Below, piece after piece: positions 29,051-38,376 of a stretch of 64,000 nt of DNA; within the stretch, counting starts at the first letter, position 1, and the number at the start of each line of letters is the position of its first letter. The notes beneath the pieces are model-generated. The model ran no database searches. It saw only the letters and a list, made by a program, of their open reading frames with translations, and was not told the DNA's origin. The stretch comes from Planctomycetota bacterium (GTDB taxonomy: Bacteria; Planctomycetota; UBA8108; SXIK01), in assembly GCA_965223265.1 (NCBI GenBank), contig OZ244999.1, positions 7,968,001 to 8,032,000 on the forward strand. Reading direction: 5' to 3'. A program made the translations under genes and the position numbers.

Positions 29051-30094
29051 TTGCGCATAGGATTCTTCATCAACGACATCTCTACGGAGCAGACGACCTA
29101 CACGACGACACGGTTGGCCTTGGCAGCCACGAATCGGGGCCACGAGGTCTGGTATATCGGCGCGAGCGACTTTGCCTACGACCCCGATGATTTCCTTAAG
29201 GCTCGCGCTCGGTCCGTACCGCGAAGCAAGTACGCGACGACTGACGTGTATCTCAAGGATCTTCGAGGTCCGAAGGGAGTAGAGGAGCGCATCACGGTGG
29301 ACGATCTGGACGTCCTGCTCCTCCGCAACGACCCGTCCACCGATGCCGTGAGTCGCCCCTGGGCACAAAACGTTGGAATTATCTTCGGCCAGTTCGCCAT
29401 GCGCCGCGGCGTCATCGTACTGAACCATCCCGCGACGCTCGCTCTCGCTATGAACAAGATGTATTTCCAGCTTTTCCCCGAGGAGGTACGACCCACGACG
29501 CTAGTGACGAAGGATCGTCGGGAGATTACCGCGTTCGCCAAGGAGTACGGCAAGGTCGTCCTGAAGCCGCTTCAGGGGTCCGGTGGAGCGAACGTGTTCC
29601 TCGTTCGGCCCGAGGATATCCCGAACCTGAATCAGATGATCGACTCGGTCTCGCGCGACGGATACGTCATCGCTCAGGAGTACCTCGCGGCGGCCGAGCA
29701 CGGCGACACGAGGCTTTTCATGATGAACGGTCGGCCCCTCCGCTACCGGGGACGCTACGCGGCCTTTCGGCGATTGCGTTCCGAAGGAGACATGCGCTCG
29801 AACATCCACGCCGGGGGGACCAAGGCGAAGGCAGAGATCGACGACACCGTATTGAACATCGCGGAGATCGTTCGGCCGAAGCTCGTCGCCGACGGGATGT
29901 TTCTCGTTGGGCTCGACATCGTGGGGGAAAAGCTGATGGAGATCAATGTGTTCAGCCCGGGGGGGCTCGGGAGCGCGCAGAAGTTCGAGAATGTCAAGTT
30001 CACCGGAGCAGTGATCGATTCGCTCGAGCGCAAGGTCCAGTACGCGCGGTTCTACAAGCGACAATTCAACAACGACGAGATGGCGACACTTTGA
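29051..30094 (+). CDS. Glutathione synthetase (GshB)-like ATP-grasp ligase
   Basis: LLRNDP, NKMY, VLKPL.GSGG, QEYL, GDTR, RSNIHAGG, VGLDIVG, EINVFSPGG. Confidence 0.88.
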   Translation: MRIGFFINDISTEQTTYTTTRLALAATNRGHEVWYIGASDFAYDPDDFLKARARSVPRSKYATTDVYLKDLRGPKGVEERITVDDLDVLLLRNDPSTDAVSRPWAQNVGIIFGQFAMRRGVIVLNHPATLALAMNKMYFQLFPEEVRPTTLVTKDRREITAFAKEYGKVVLKPLQGSGGANVFLVRPEDIPNLNQMIDSVSRDGYVIAQEYLAAAEHGDTRLFMMNGRPLRYRGRYAAFRRLRSEGDMRSNIHAGGTKAKAEIDDTVLNIAEIVRPKLVADGMFLVGLDIVGEKLMEINVFSPGGLGSAQKFENVKFTGAVIDSLERKVQYARFYKRQFNNDEMATL

Positions 30095-30341
30095 TCGGCA
30101 CTGTTGGTCCAGCTGCCGACCAAAGCGCGAAGACACCGCACGCGCGTATGGGATTTCGAACGTGTTGCGGCCAAGGATCCGAGCAGTCATCGAGGTCCCG
30201 AAAGTGCCGAAGGGGCTGCTTCGTACACCCTCGAGGCCGACCGTTTTTCTGTCGGGGGAAATCACAGCTTGATGATGGGTTCCATCCGAAATAGACCATG
30301 TACTTCCGCATGCAGTGGAATTCACGGTCAGGAGCCCTCTG

Positions 30342-31781
30342 ATGCTGATTCGCGCCTACTTGGCTGCCCGTAGAGCAGAAGACCGCAAGCGATTGCGTGC
30401 ATTGCTACGTGCCGAATCGGATGTAAGTCTGCAGTCGATGAGATCGAAGTCGCCCGTCTGGGAGAGGCTGATCGCGCAAAGGGTCGACCTATTGGTCGTC
30501 GACCTGCGCCTCGTTCCAGAGCCGGTCGAGAACAGCCTCGCGACTTTGGCGGATCTACCGGACGCACCGGGCGTCGTCGTGTTGTCGTCGAACGAGGAGT
30601 CGGAGCTTCACGCTCGTCTCCTCGCGGCCGGCTGCCTTGCCGTGCTGGATACTTCGCTCGAGGATACGCTCCTGAAGGACGCCCTCACGACCTTGATCGA
30701 ACGTCTTCGCGGCGAAGCGAACGCCGCGCTCACCCCGCCGCAACTCGACGAGCAGCCGCGACTGAGTGATTTCGTCTCGGAGAGCCCGGCGATGGTGGCG
30801 TTTCTGCAGGTGGTCCGTCGTGTGGTGGCCGCCGATGCCACACTTCTACTCATCGGAGAAACCGGTGTGGGAAAGGAGCGCCTCGCTCAGGCGATGCATG
30901 CCGAAAGTCCGAGATCCGCCGGCCCGTTCGTCGCTGTGAATTGCGGGGCCATTCCCGAGGCGCTTCTCGAGAGCGAGCTTTTCGGGCACGAGGAGGGCGC
31001 GTTCACTGGGGCGACACGCACCCGCCGCGGTTGGTTCGAGCTGGCGCATCGTGGAACGGTGTTCCTCGATGAGATTGGCGAGATGCCGCTCCATTTGCAA
31101 GTGAAGCTCCTCCGAGTCCTTCAGACGCGGGAAGTTGTGCCAGTGGGGTCGGAGAAGTCCATCAAGGTCGATGTCCGGGTCATGGCAGCGACGAACCAAG
31201 ACCTCGAACGCGGAGTGAAGGAAAAGAACTTTCGCGCCGACCTTTTCTACCGCCTGAGCGTCGTGACGCTTGAGATTCCCGCCCTTCGCGATCGAAAAGA
31301 CGACATCCGCACGCTCGCACAGAGGTATGTCGAGTACTTTCAGTCGCGCTTCGCGACGGGTGTCCAGGGGCTCTCCGATGAGGCGATGTGCGACCTCGAG
31401 GAATACGACTGGCCCGGAAATGTGAGAGAACTCGTCAATGTCATCGAGCGTGCGATGCTTCTTTGTCCCGGGACGCGCATCACTCCCGAGTATCTTCCTG
31501 ACGGCATTCGGTCGAGGAAGACGGCGATCGGGAATCAAGAACTGGTCGCTGCGAGCGTCGTCGTCCCGCTGCCGAAGAATTGGAAGAAGCGTCCGTACCG
31601 AGAGGTTCGGAAAGAGGTCATGCGCTCACTCGAGCGAGTTTACTTCTCGGCGCTGCTCGAGGAGACGGCCGGGTGTATCGGGAAGACTGCCGAGCGCGCC
31701 GGTATGAATCCTCGAAACCTTTTTGAAAAGCTGAAGAACTGCGGGCTTCGGAAAGAAGAGTTTCGAACCTCAACACGCTGA
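30342..31781 (+). CDS. Sigma-54-dependent transcriptional activator (NtrC-type) with atypical receiver
   Basis: GETGVGKE, ESELFGHEEGAFTGA, FLDEIGE, RADLFYRL, WPGNVREL, C-terminal HTH; GGAG RBS. Confidence 0.92.
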   Translation: MLIRAYLAARRAEDRKRLRALLRAESDVSLQSMRSKSPVWERLIAQRVDLLVVDLRLVPEPVENSLATLADLPDAPGVVVLSSNEESELHARLLAAGCLAVLDTSLEDTLLKDALTTLIERLRGEANAALTPPQLDEQPRLSDFVSESPAMVAFLQVVRRVVAADATLLLIGETGVGKERLAQAMHAESPRSAGPFVAVNCGAIPEALLESELFGHEEGAFTGATRTRRGWFELAHRGTVFLDEIGEMPLHLQVKLLRVLQTREVVPVGSEKSIKVDVRVMAATNQDLERGVKEKNFRADLFYRLSVVTLEIPALRDRKDDIRTLAQRYVEYFQSRFATGVQGLSDEAMCDLEEYDWPGNVRELVNVIERAMLLCPGTRITPEYLPDGIRSRKTAIGNQELVAASVVVPLPKNWKKRPYREVRKEVMRSLERVYFSALLEETAGCIGKTAERAGMNPRNLFEKLKNCGLRKEEFRTSTR

Positions 31782-31983
31782 CGGCGCTGTTCCGGGACGA
31801 CTCGGATCTCGGAGCTCCGAAGCTCGAGTCTGTCGGTGTCCGCCATCTTGACGCGACGTCTCACATGGCGAACTGCGACGTGAGCGTGCCGCCGGCCGAA
31901 CATGGTTGCGTGCAGCGCCCAAGGACGACAGAATCCTTTCAGTAGTGTGTTGACGCCGTCTGAAGCCCCGTCAGGAGCCTCAC

Positions 31984-32748
31984 GTGAACACGAAAGCAAG
32001 ACTGCCATGGGCTGAAGAGGCTGCCGGACGCATCGTCGAGCGCCTGGGGCGTAGCGGTCGGCTGTCGGTGCTCACAGGCGCAGGTGTCTCGGCGGAAAGT
32101 GGCATCGCGACGTTTCGCGATGCGGGGGGACTGTGGGAGCAGCACTCCTTGGAGGACGTCGCGACGCCCGAGGGGTTCGCGCGTGACCCCGAACTGGTGC
32201 TCAGCTTTTACAACGCGCGCCGACGCGGGCTGCACAAGGTCGAACCCAATCCGGCGCACAGAGCGCTGGCGCAGCTTGAGGCGATGCTCGGGGATCGTTT
32301 CGCGCTCATCACGCAGAACATCGATGATCTGCATGAACGCGCTGGCTCGGAGCGAGTGCTCCACATGCACGGGGAGCTCTTCAAGGCGCGCTGCGTCGAC
32401 TGTGCTGCTGTCAGCGCCTGGGCCGCGGATATCGTTCTCGGTACGAGCTGCAGCGACTGCGGCGCTCAGTTGCGCCCTCATATCGTCTGGTTCGGCGAGA
32501 TGCCCTTCCACCTCGAACGCGAGATACCTACGGCGGTTGGGGCCGAGGTCTTTGTCAGCATCGGCACCAGCGGCACGGTCTATCCCGCGGCCGGATTCGT
32601 CGGCGAGGCCAAGGCGTGCGGTGCGCTGACGGTCGAGCTCAACCTTGAGCCGAGTGAGAACGCCCACCTCTTCGAGCTGCAGATTGAGGGGCGAGCAGGT
32701 GAGAGACTGCCGCAGCTTGTCGAGGCGATCGCATCGCTGCTGCGTTGA
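31984..32748 (+). CDS. cobB: NAD-dependent protein deacylase (class III sirtuin)
   Basis: GAGVSAESGIATFR, FYNARR, TQNIDDLHERAG, HG, two CxxC, RPHIVWFGE, GTSG.VYPAA. Confidence 0.93.
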   Translation: MNTKARLPWAEEAAGRIVERLGRSGRLSVLTGAGVSAESGIATFRDAGGLWEQHSLEDVATPEGFARDPELVLSFYNARRRGLHKVEPNPAHRALAQLEAMLGDRFALITQNIDDLHERAGSERVLHMHGELFKARCVDCAAVSAWAADIVLGTSCSDCGAQLRPHIVWFGEMPFHLEREIPTAVGAEVFVSIGTSGTVYPAAGFVGEAKACGALTVELNLEPSENAHLFELQIEGRAGERLPQLVEAIASLLR

Positions 32749-32813
32749 AGTGTCAGATTCGCAGCGGGCGCGACGGCGAAGGATCTCTATCGTCCGATCG
32801 CCTTGCTTGATGG

Positions 32814-33785
32814 TTACGAGGTCGCCGTCCGTCGCCACGGCAAGACATAACCCGACTGCTCGATGCGCATGGTGTAAAGATTCTTCCCGGCAGTGACGTA
32901 AAGCGTCTTCGCATCCGGCGGCCCGAACGTAAGGTTGGTGACCAGGTCTTCGGGAATCGGTATGCGCCCAAGAAGAGTCCCTTCGGGGCTGACGATATAA
33001 ACCCCGGCGGGGACGTCGAGGTTTTCACCGGGGCCGCGTGCCGCATTGATTCCTGCGGCGATCCAAAGATTGCCGGTCGTGTCGAGGCGCATGCCATCTC
33101 CTCCGCGTCCTGGAGCGAAGTCGTAGACGAGCCGTCGATCCGCCAGCGATCCATCCGAGGCGTCGACCGTGAACGCCCAGATCCTGCGGTGACCGCCCGC
33201 CTCCGGGTTGGAGTCGACCACGTACAGGGTGCCGTCGTCCGGAGTGATGGCGAGCCCGTTCGGCTTTTGCACGTCCTCTTTGCCAAGGACGCGGCGCACC
33301 TCGCCACGCGTGTCGACGCGATACACGCCTTCGACATCCATTTCGCGTCCGCTCTGATCGCCGTAGCGAGGGTCCGTGAAGTAGATGTTGCCGCGAGTGT
33401 CGATGCAGACGTCGTTCGGGCTGTTGTAGCGCTTGCCCTCGTAGCGGTCGGTCAGCACTTCGATGCTTCCGTCGCTCAGGTTCGTTCGCGTTAGCCTCCT
33501 GCCGCCGCCCGGACCAAACTCGGCGCCCTCACACGTGACGAGTCGGCCCTCGTGATCGAACATGTTGCCGTTGGCCCGTCCAGAGCTTTCGCGAAACGTC
33601 GTTAACTCACCGCCGGCCGAAAGACGCAGAATGCGGTTGTTGTGGATGTCGCTAAAGAAGACGTTCCCGTCGGGGTCGACGGCCGGTCCCTCTGTGAAGG
33701 CGGCGATGCACGCAGGGACAACGTGACTCCCCTGATCGACGAGGTCGGCTGGCAGTGGCGCGTGCGCGGGTTGGGTCGTTGACAT
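32814..33785 (-). CDS. SMP-30/gluconolactonase family protein
   Basis: FTEGP, FFSDI, NSPND, FTDP.YG, PNG, GDGM, TN.TFG. Confidence 0.92.
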   Translation of the reverse strand: MSTTQPAHAPLPADLVDQGSHVVPACIAAFTEGPAVDPDGNVFFSDIHNNRILRLSAGGELTTFRESSGRANGNMFDHEGRLVTCEGAEFGPGGGRRLTRTNLSDGSIEVLTDRYEGKRYNSPNDVCIDTRGNIYFTDPRYGDQSGREMDVEGVYRVDTRGEVRRVLGKEDVQKPNGLAITPDDGTLYVVDSNPEAGGHRRIWAFTVDASDGSLADRRLVYDFAPGRGGDGMRLDTTGNLWIAAGINAARGPGENLDVPAGVYIVSPEGTLLGRIPIPEDLVTNLTFGPPDAKTLYVTAGKNLYTMRIEQSGYVLPWRRTATS

Positions 33786-34004
33786 GTAGCATCCTTTCCC
33801 CGAGTTCGGCTATGTCGCGGCGAGTCCATGCTGATCTTTCGCCGACGTCTTCGAGTCTGTGCTGCGACAGGGAACCGCTCGCGCGTTCGTGGAGTCGCGA
33901 GATCACGACGCTGATAGAAACCGCTCGATCGGCAGGCGTCAAGAATTGCCTCGGCGCGATGGCGCTTTGGCGCGCACGCTTCGACCGCTGAAACGAGTGT
34001 TCAC

Positions 34005-34036
34005 AAAAAAAAGCGAGGCCTCCGAAGAGGCCCCGC
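34005..34036 (-). terminator. Rho-independent terminator
   Basis: Minus strand GCGGGGCCTC-TTCG-GAGGCCTCGC-T8 (UUCG tetraloop), 35 nt after the stop at 34071. Confidence 0.9.
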
Positions 34037-34070
34037 CAGCACAAGGGGTCATGATGCCGATTTCGTCGCA

Positions 34071-35654
34071 TCAGAACTTGAAGTCACCAGGGTTGCCCGG
34101 ATCGCGCGGATCAGGGTCGTCGTCGATCACGTCGATGATTTCGATCACGAGGCAGGCGTCGAAGCTCTCGCAGGTGAGCTCGTCACGCGTCGGGTCGAAC
34201 CCGCAGAAGATCGTTGCCGGCGCCGGGGGAGCCTCACCGTCGCTGAAGAGGTAGTTGAGAAGCGCGACCGGGTCGGCCACGTCGACCTGGCCGTCGTCGT
34301 TGGCGTCTACCGCGTCGATGCAGGTGGGCTCGTCCGCCTCCGTGCCACCGAAGAGCCAGTTGAGGCCGAAGACCGCGTCGGCGATATCGCGGCCGCCGTC
34401 GGCGTTCATGTCGCCACGACGAAACGGCGCGTTCTCCGGTTCCGGGTCGAAGCACGGGGAGTCAGACGCGAGGAAGTAGACGCCGTGGCCGGACGACACG
34501 ACCATGTCAGGGAGGCCGTCCTCGTTGAAATCGTCGAGGGCCAGATCATAGGCGCGTCCCGGAACGTCGTAGTGGAACGGACCGACCGCGTTGCCGGCGC
34601 CGTCGCCGAGGTAAATGCTGACGTTGTCGTCGCCGACGAGAAAGTGCGTCAGTGCGAAGTCCAGGTTGCCGTCGCGATCAATGTCTCGCATGTAGATCTG
34701 AAACGGGTTGTTGTTCGCCGGCGCTTCGACCGGACTTCCGAAAGTTCCCGCGCCGGTGCCGAGAACGCGGACGAGCGTGTGGTCATTGCGGGAGCCGAGG
34801 ATATCGAGGCGACCGTTACCATCTAGGTGCCCGACAGCAATGCTGGCGAAGTTCTCCGCGTGGCCGCTACCCATGTCGATTGGGTTGGGGCCACCGAAGC
34901 CGCCCGACTTGTCGTTGAGCCGGTAGTTGACCACAGAGTTGTGAACACCGCTCGGGTAGACGAGGTCGAGGTAGCCGTCCTTGTTCATGTCGGCGAGCTC
35001 GATGTCGTTGCTGTCGCCGCTACTGTAGGTCGTCGTGTCAAAGCCTCCGGCGGGCTTTCTCAGCGCCACGGTGAGGTTGTTCGTCAGCAGGTTCACCGTG
35101 ACGAAGTCGTCCAAGTTGTCCTTGTTGAAATCGCCCGTGGCAACGCGCCAGGGATTGTCGCCCGTGGCGACGTGCGAGTAGCTCCACCAGGGCTTTGACG
35201 CCGCGCCCCAGCGGATGCGGACGCGATCCTGGTCGGCGTCCGGGGCGATGATGTCTTTGTATCCGTCGTTGTTGAAGTCGGCGATGGCGACGTCGGTCGG
35301 GGTCTCGCCCATGGTGTAGTTGTAGCCGCCGCTGAAGCCGCCGTCGCCGGTACCGAAGCGAATCCGGATGGTGTTCGAACCTGTCGACGCCGCGACGAAA
35401 TCCTTGTCGCCGTCGGAGTTGAGATCTCCGGTCGCAATGCCGCTCATCTCACCGCCGAAGTCGGTGATCAGGACCGGGGCTCCCAGGGTCACCTGACCGT
35501 CTGCCTCGGGACAAAAAACTGGGTCGACGATAATGATGCCGCCCGTCGCCTTGCGGGAGGCCGCGGCGAGGACGACGAAGAGAAGAACTGCCGCCAGCGG
35601 CGTCGGGCGGGCGCTAGATCGATGGAACTGTCGGAAACTGAACTGACTGAACAT
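34071..35654 (-). CDS. Secreted FG-GAP/VCBS repeat protein with C-terminal dockerin-like domain
   Basis: Seven D.N.DG..D-type repeats; FRRGDMNADG..DIAD...D.NDDG.VDVAD...LLNYLF; AAGGAG RBS before ATG 35654. Confidence 0.88.
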   Translation of the reverse strand: MFSQFSFRQFHRSSARPTPLAAVLLFVVLAAASRKATGGIIIVDPVFCPEADGQVTLGAPVLITDFGGEMSGIATGDLNSDGDKDFVAASTGSNTIRIRFGTGDGGFSGGYNYTMGETPTDVAIADFNNDGYKDIIAPDADQDRVRIRWGAASKPWWSYSHVATGDNPWRVATGDFNKDNLDDFVTVNLLTNNLTVALRKPAGGFDTTTYSSGDSNDIELADMNKDGYLDLVYPSGVHNSVVNYRLNDKSGGFGGPNPIDMGSGHAENFASIAVGHLDGNGRLDILGSRNDHTLVRVLGTGAGTFGSPVEAPANNNPFQIYMRDIDRDGNLDFALTHFLVGDDNVSIYLGDGAGNAVGPFHYDVPGRAYDLALDDFNEDGLPDMVVSSGHGVYFLASDSPCFDPEPENAPFRRGDMNADGGRDIADAVFGLNWLFGGTEADEPTCIDAVDANDDGQVDVADPVALLNYLFSDGEAPPAPATIFCGFDPTRDELTCESFDACLVIEIIDVIDDDPDPRDPGNPGDFKF

Positions 35655-36176
35655 GACACACACTCCTTTGGGTTGAGGCCCTGACGGGCCGTTGTTTCCT
35701 AAATGAACCGACCACGGGTACCGGGGGGAAAGACGGCCGGCGCGGATCAGGAAATTCCACAACTCCCAGACGGAGTTCACTTGTTGCCGTCTGTGAGCGT
35801 CCGCTGGCGAGACTTCATCGAGAATCACTTCGCGGCGCCGCGGCGTCAGCGCCGGCGTTGCGGCCACAGCCGCCAGGGCGGACTTGCGAGGCTCCAGGTG
35901 ACGATCGCCCGTTTGGCTTCCCTCGCGCCCGCGCTGTGACCGGTTCGGGGTTGGGACGTCTTCTGGACAGAGACGGCGTCGCGCCGGCGCTTTCCATTGG
36001 GGTTGTCAACGTGCAAGAATAGCCAGACCGAAACGTGACCGGCGGCGTGCTCCACTTTGCCCGCCGCGCCAGCGGAGAGATCGATGCACCAAATCGAAGT
36101 GACGACGCGAAGCAGTGAAGCCTCAACCGCGTGGAGTCCGCGCCCAGTTCGGGCATCGCGCAAGACCCTCGGGGCC

Positions 36177-38342
36177 ATGCGACCGCTCTGCTGCGCATTC
36201 TTCCTCGCTCTCGCGAGCGCGCCGGCGTTAACGCCGCAGACCAGTTCGCCTCAGCTCGAGGCACTCGTAGACCAGCTCACCGAGCACATCAAAAAGGTCG
36301 ACCCACACAACTTTCGCGTCCCGGATTTCGCCGCTGGCAAGGAGTGGTTCAACTCTCCTCCGTTAAGCTTCGAGCGCCAACTCCGCGGCAAGATCGTCAT
36401 CCTCGACTTTTGGACGTACTGCTGCATCAACTGCATTCACGTCCTGCCGGATCTCGCCTACCTCGAGCGCAAGTATGCTGGCTATCCCGTCGCCTTCGTC
36501 GGCGTCCACTCCGCCAAGTTCGAGAACGAGAAGGTGTCGGAGAACATTCGCCAGGCCGTGATGCGCTACGACATCGAGCATCCGGTGATCAACGACGATG
36601 AGATGGCGCTGTGGCGTGCCATCGGCGTGCGCAGCTGGCCGACTCTTGCCGTGGTCGGACCGAAGGGTAATTTGCTGCTGATGGTGTCAGGAGAGGGTAA
36701 CCGCGATGTCCTCGACGCGGCGATCATCGCGGCGCTCGAGTTCTACCCGGCCGAGGCGTTTCGCCACGATCCAGTCCCCCACCGACTCGAACGCAGCGCG
36801 TCCGCAAACGAGTCGCCACTTAGCTATCCAGGCAAGCTGGCGGTCGACGCCGAGAGGCAGCGGCTCTACATAAGCGACTCGAACCATCACCGCATCGTCG
36901 TGACGGACTTGGCCGGGAAGTTCATCACCGCGATCGGCCGCGGCCGGCGCGGCCTCGACGACGGTGACTACGCCGCCGCGACGTTCCACCGTCTTCAAGG
37001 ACTGGCGGTGCACGGAGAACACCTCTACGTCGCGGACGCGGAGAACCACGCGCTGCGCCGTGTCGATCTCAAGGCGCAGACAGTCGTCACGCTTGTTGGC
37101 GACGGCACGCAGGGTCGCGACTACGAGGGCGGATCCAGCGGCAGCACGCAGCGCCTGAGCACGCCGTGGGATGTGGTCGTCGCCGACGGCGTCGTCTACA
37201 TCGCCATGGCCGGAACGCACCAGATTTGGAGTTACGATATCGCCCAAAACGTCTGCCGTCGCTTCAGCGGTACTGGGCGCGAGCAGAACCTGAATCATAC
37301 CGACCGCCTTGAAGCTGCCTGGGCCCAGCCTTCCGGATTAACGATCGGGGATGGTTGGCTCTTCGTCGCCGACAGCGAGAGCAGCACCGTGCGTGGAATT
37401 AGCATCGGCTCGGGCGAGACGGCGACGTTCGTCGGCGGTGTCGACAGTGAGCCCAGGAACCTGTTTGCCTTTGGCGATGTCGACGGCATTGGCGAAGCGG
37501 CACGCCTGCAGCATCCTCTAGGGGTGCTGTGGATCGAGAAGCTTGGGCGCGTACTGGTAGCGGATTCGTACAATCATCGCCTCAAGCTTGTGGACCATTC
37601 GGAGCGGCGCGTCGACACCTTCGCCGGCTCGGGCGTCGTCGGTTCGAGCGATGGCGAGGGCGCGAATGCCCAGTTCTTTGAGCCGTCCGGCTTCGCGCTC
37701 GACCCGGGCGGCGACCGCGTCTTCGTGGCGGACACCAACAATCACAGCATTCGCGTCTTGGATGTTGCTAGCCGCACGGTCTCGACGCTCGAGCTTGACG
37801 GAGTTCCCGCGGCCGTGCCGCAGGATGACCCTCGCAGCCGCCGTCTCGCGACGCTACCGGGGACGGTGCGTGTGCGCGCCGTGGCCCTGCGTCTGCCGCC
37901 GGCGGGTGTTGCCACACTTCGGGTGCACCTTGAACTGCCGGCGAACTATCACTACACCGATGGCGCCTCGAGTCGCTGGCAGGTGGTCGCAGCTGATGAC
38001 GCGCCGGCGACGGTTCAAAGCGGCGCCGCGCACGGCGAGCTCGTAAAACAGGTGGAAACGGCCGAGGTTCGAATCCTCGCCGCCCCACAGTCGACCGCAG
38101 GTACGCTGCTCGTCGAGGCGCTCGCGTATTACTGCCAGGCGCAGGGGGCATGTCAACTCGGCGCGGTGCTCTTCGAAATCCCGATCGAGGTGACAACGGA
38201 CGTGGAGGAACGAGAGCCGGCGGCGGTCGAGCTGCGGCACGTCTTCCCGGAGAAGCCGGACGCCTTGGGCTTCTTCCCGCCCGCGCGCCTCGAGACACCG
38301 GTGGCTCCCAGCGCACCACAGGAGAGTGAACCGCAGGACTGA
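36177..38342 (+). CDS. Thioredoxin-like + NHL beta-propeller protein (NHLRC2/SOQ1-like)
   Basis: LDFWTYCCINCIH, GVHSAKFENEK, SWPTL, NHL repeats (AQPSG, ADSESS, LQHPLG, ADSYNH), C-terminal YYC; signal peptide. Confidence 0.9.
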   Translation: MRPLCCAFFLALASAPALTPQTSSPQLEALVDQLTEHIKKVDPHNFRVPDFAAGKEWFNSPPLSFERQLRGKIVILDFWTYCCINCIHVLPDLAYLERKYAGYPVAFVGVHSAKFENEKVSENIRQAVMRYDIEHPVINDDEMALWRAIGVRSWPTLAVVGPKGNLLLMVSGEGNRDVLDAAIIAALEFYPAEAFRHDPVPHRLERSASANESPLSYPGKLAVDAERQRLYISDSNHHRIVVTDLAGKFITAIGRGRRGLDDGDYAAATFHRLQGLAVHGEHLYVADAENHALRRVDLKAQTVVTLVGDGTQGRDYEGGSSGSTQRLSTPWDVVVADGVVYIAMAGTHQIWSYDIAQNVCRRFSGTGREQNLNHTDRLEAAWAQPSGLTIGDGWLFVADSESSTVRGISIGSGETATFVGGVDSEPRNLFAFGDVDGIGEAARLQHPLGVLWIEKLGRVLVADSYNHRLKLVDHSERRVDTFAGSGVVGSSDGEGANAQFFEPSGFALDPGGDRVFVADTNNHSIRVLDVASRTVSTLELDGVPAAVPQDDPRSRRLATLPGTVRVRAVALRLPPAGVATLRVHLELPANYHYTDGASSRWQVVAADDAPATVQSGAAHGELVKQVETAEVRILAAPQSTAGTLLVEALAYYCQAQGACQLGAVLFEIPIEVTTDVEEREPAAVELRHVFPEKPDALGFFPPARLETPVAPSAPQESEPQD

Positions 38343-38376
38343 AGGGAAGCGGGTGACGACGTTGCGTGCTCCCTCC

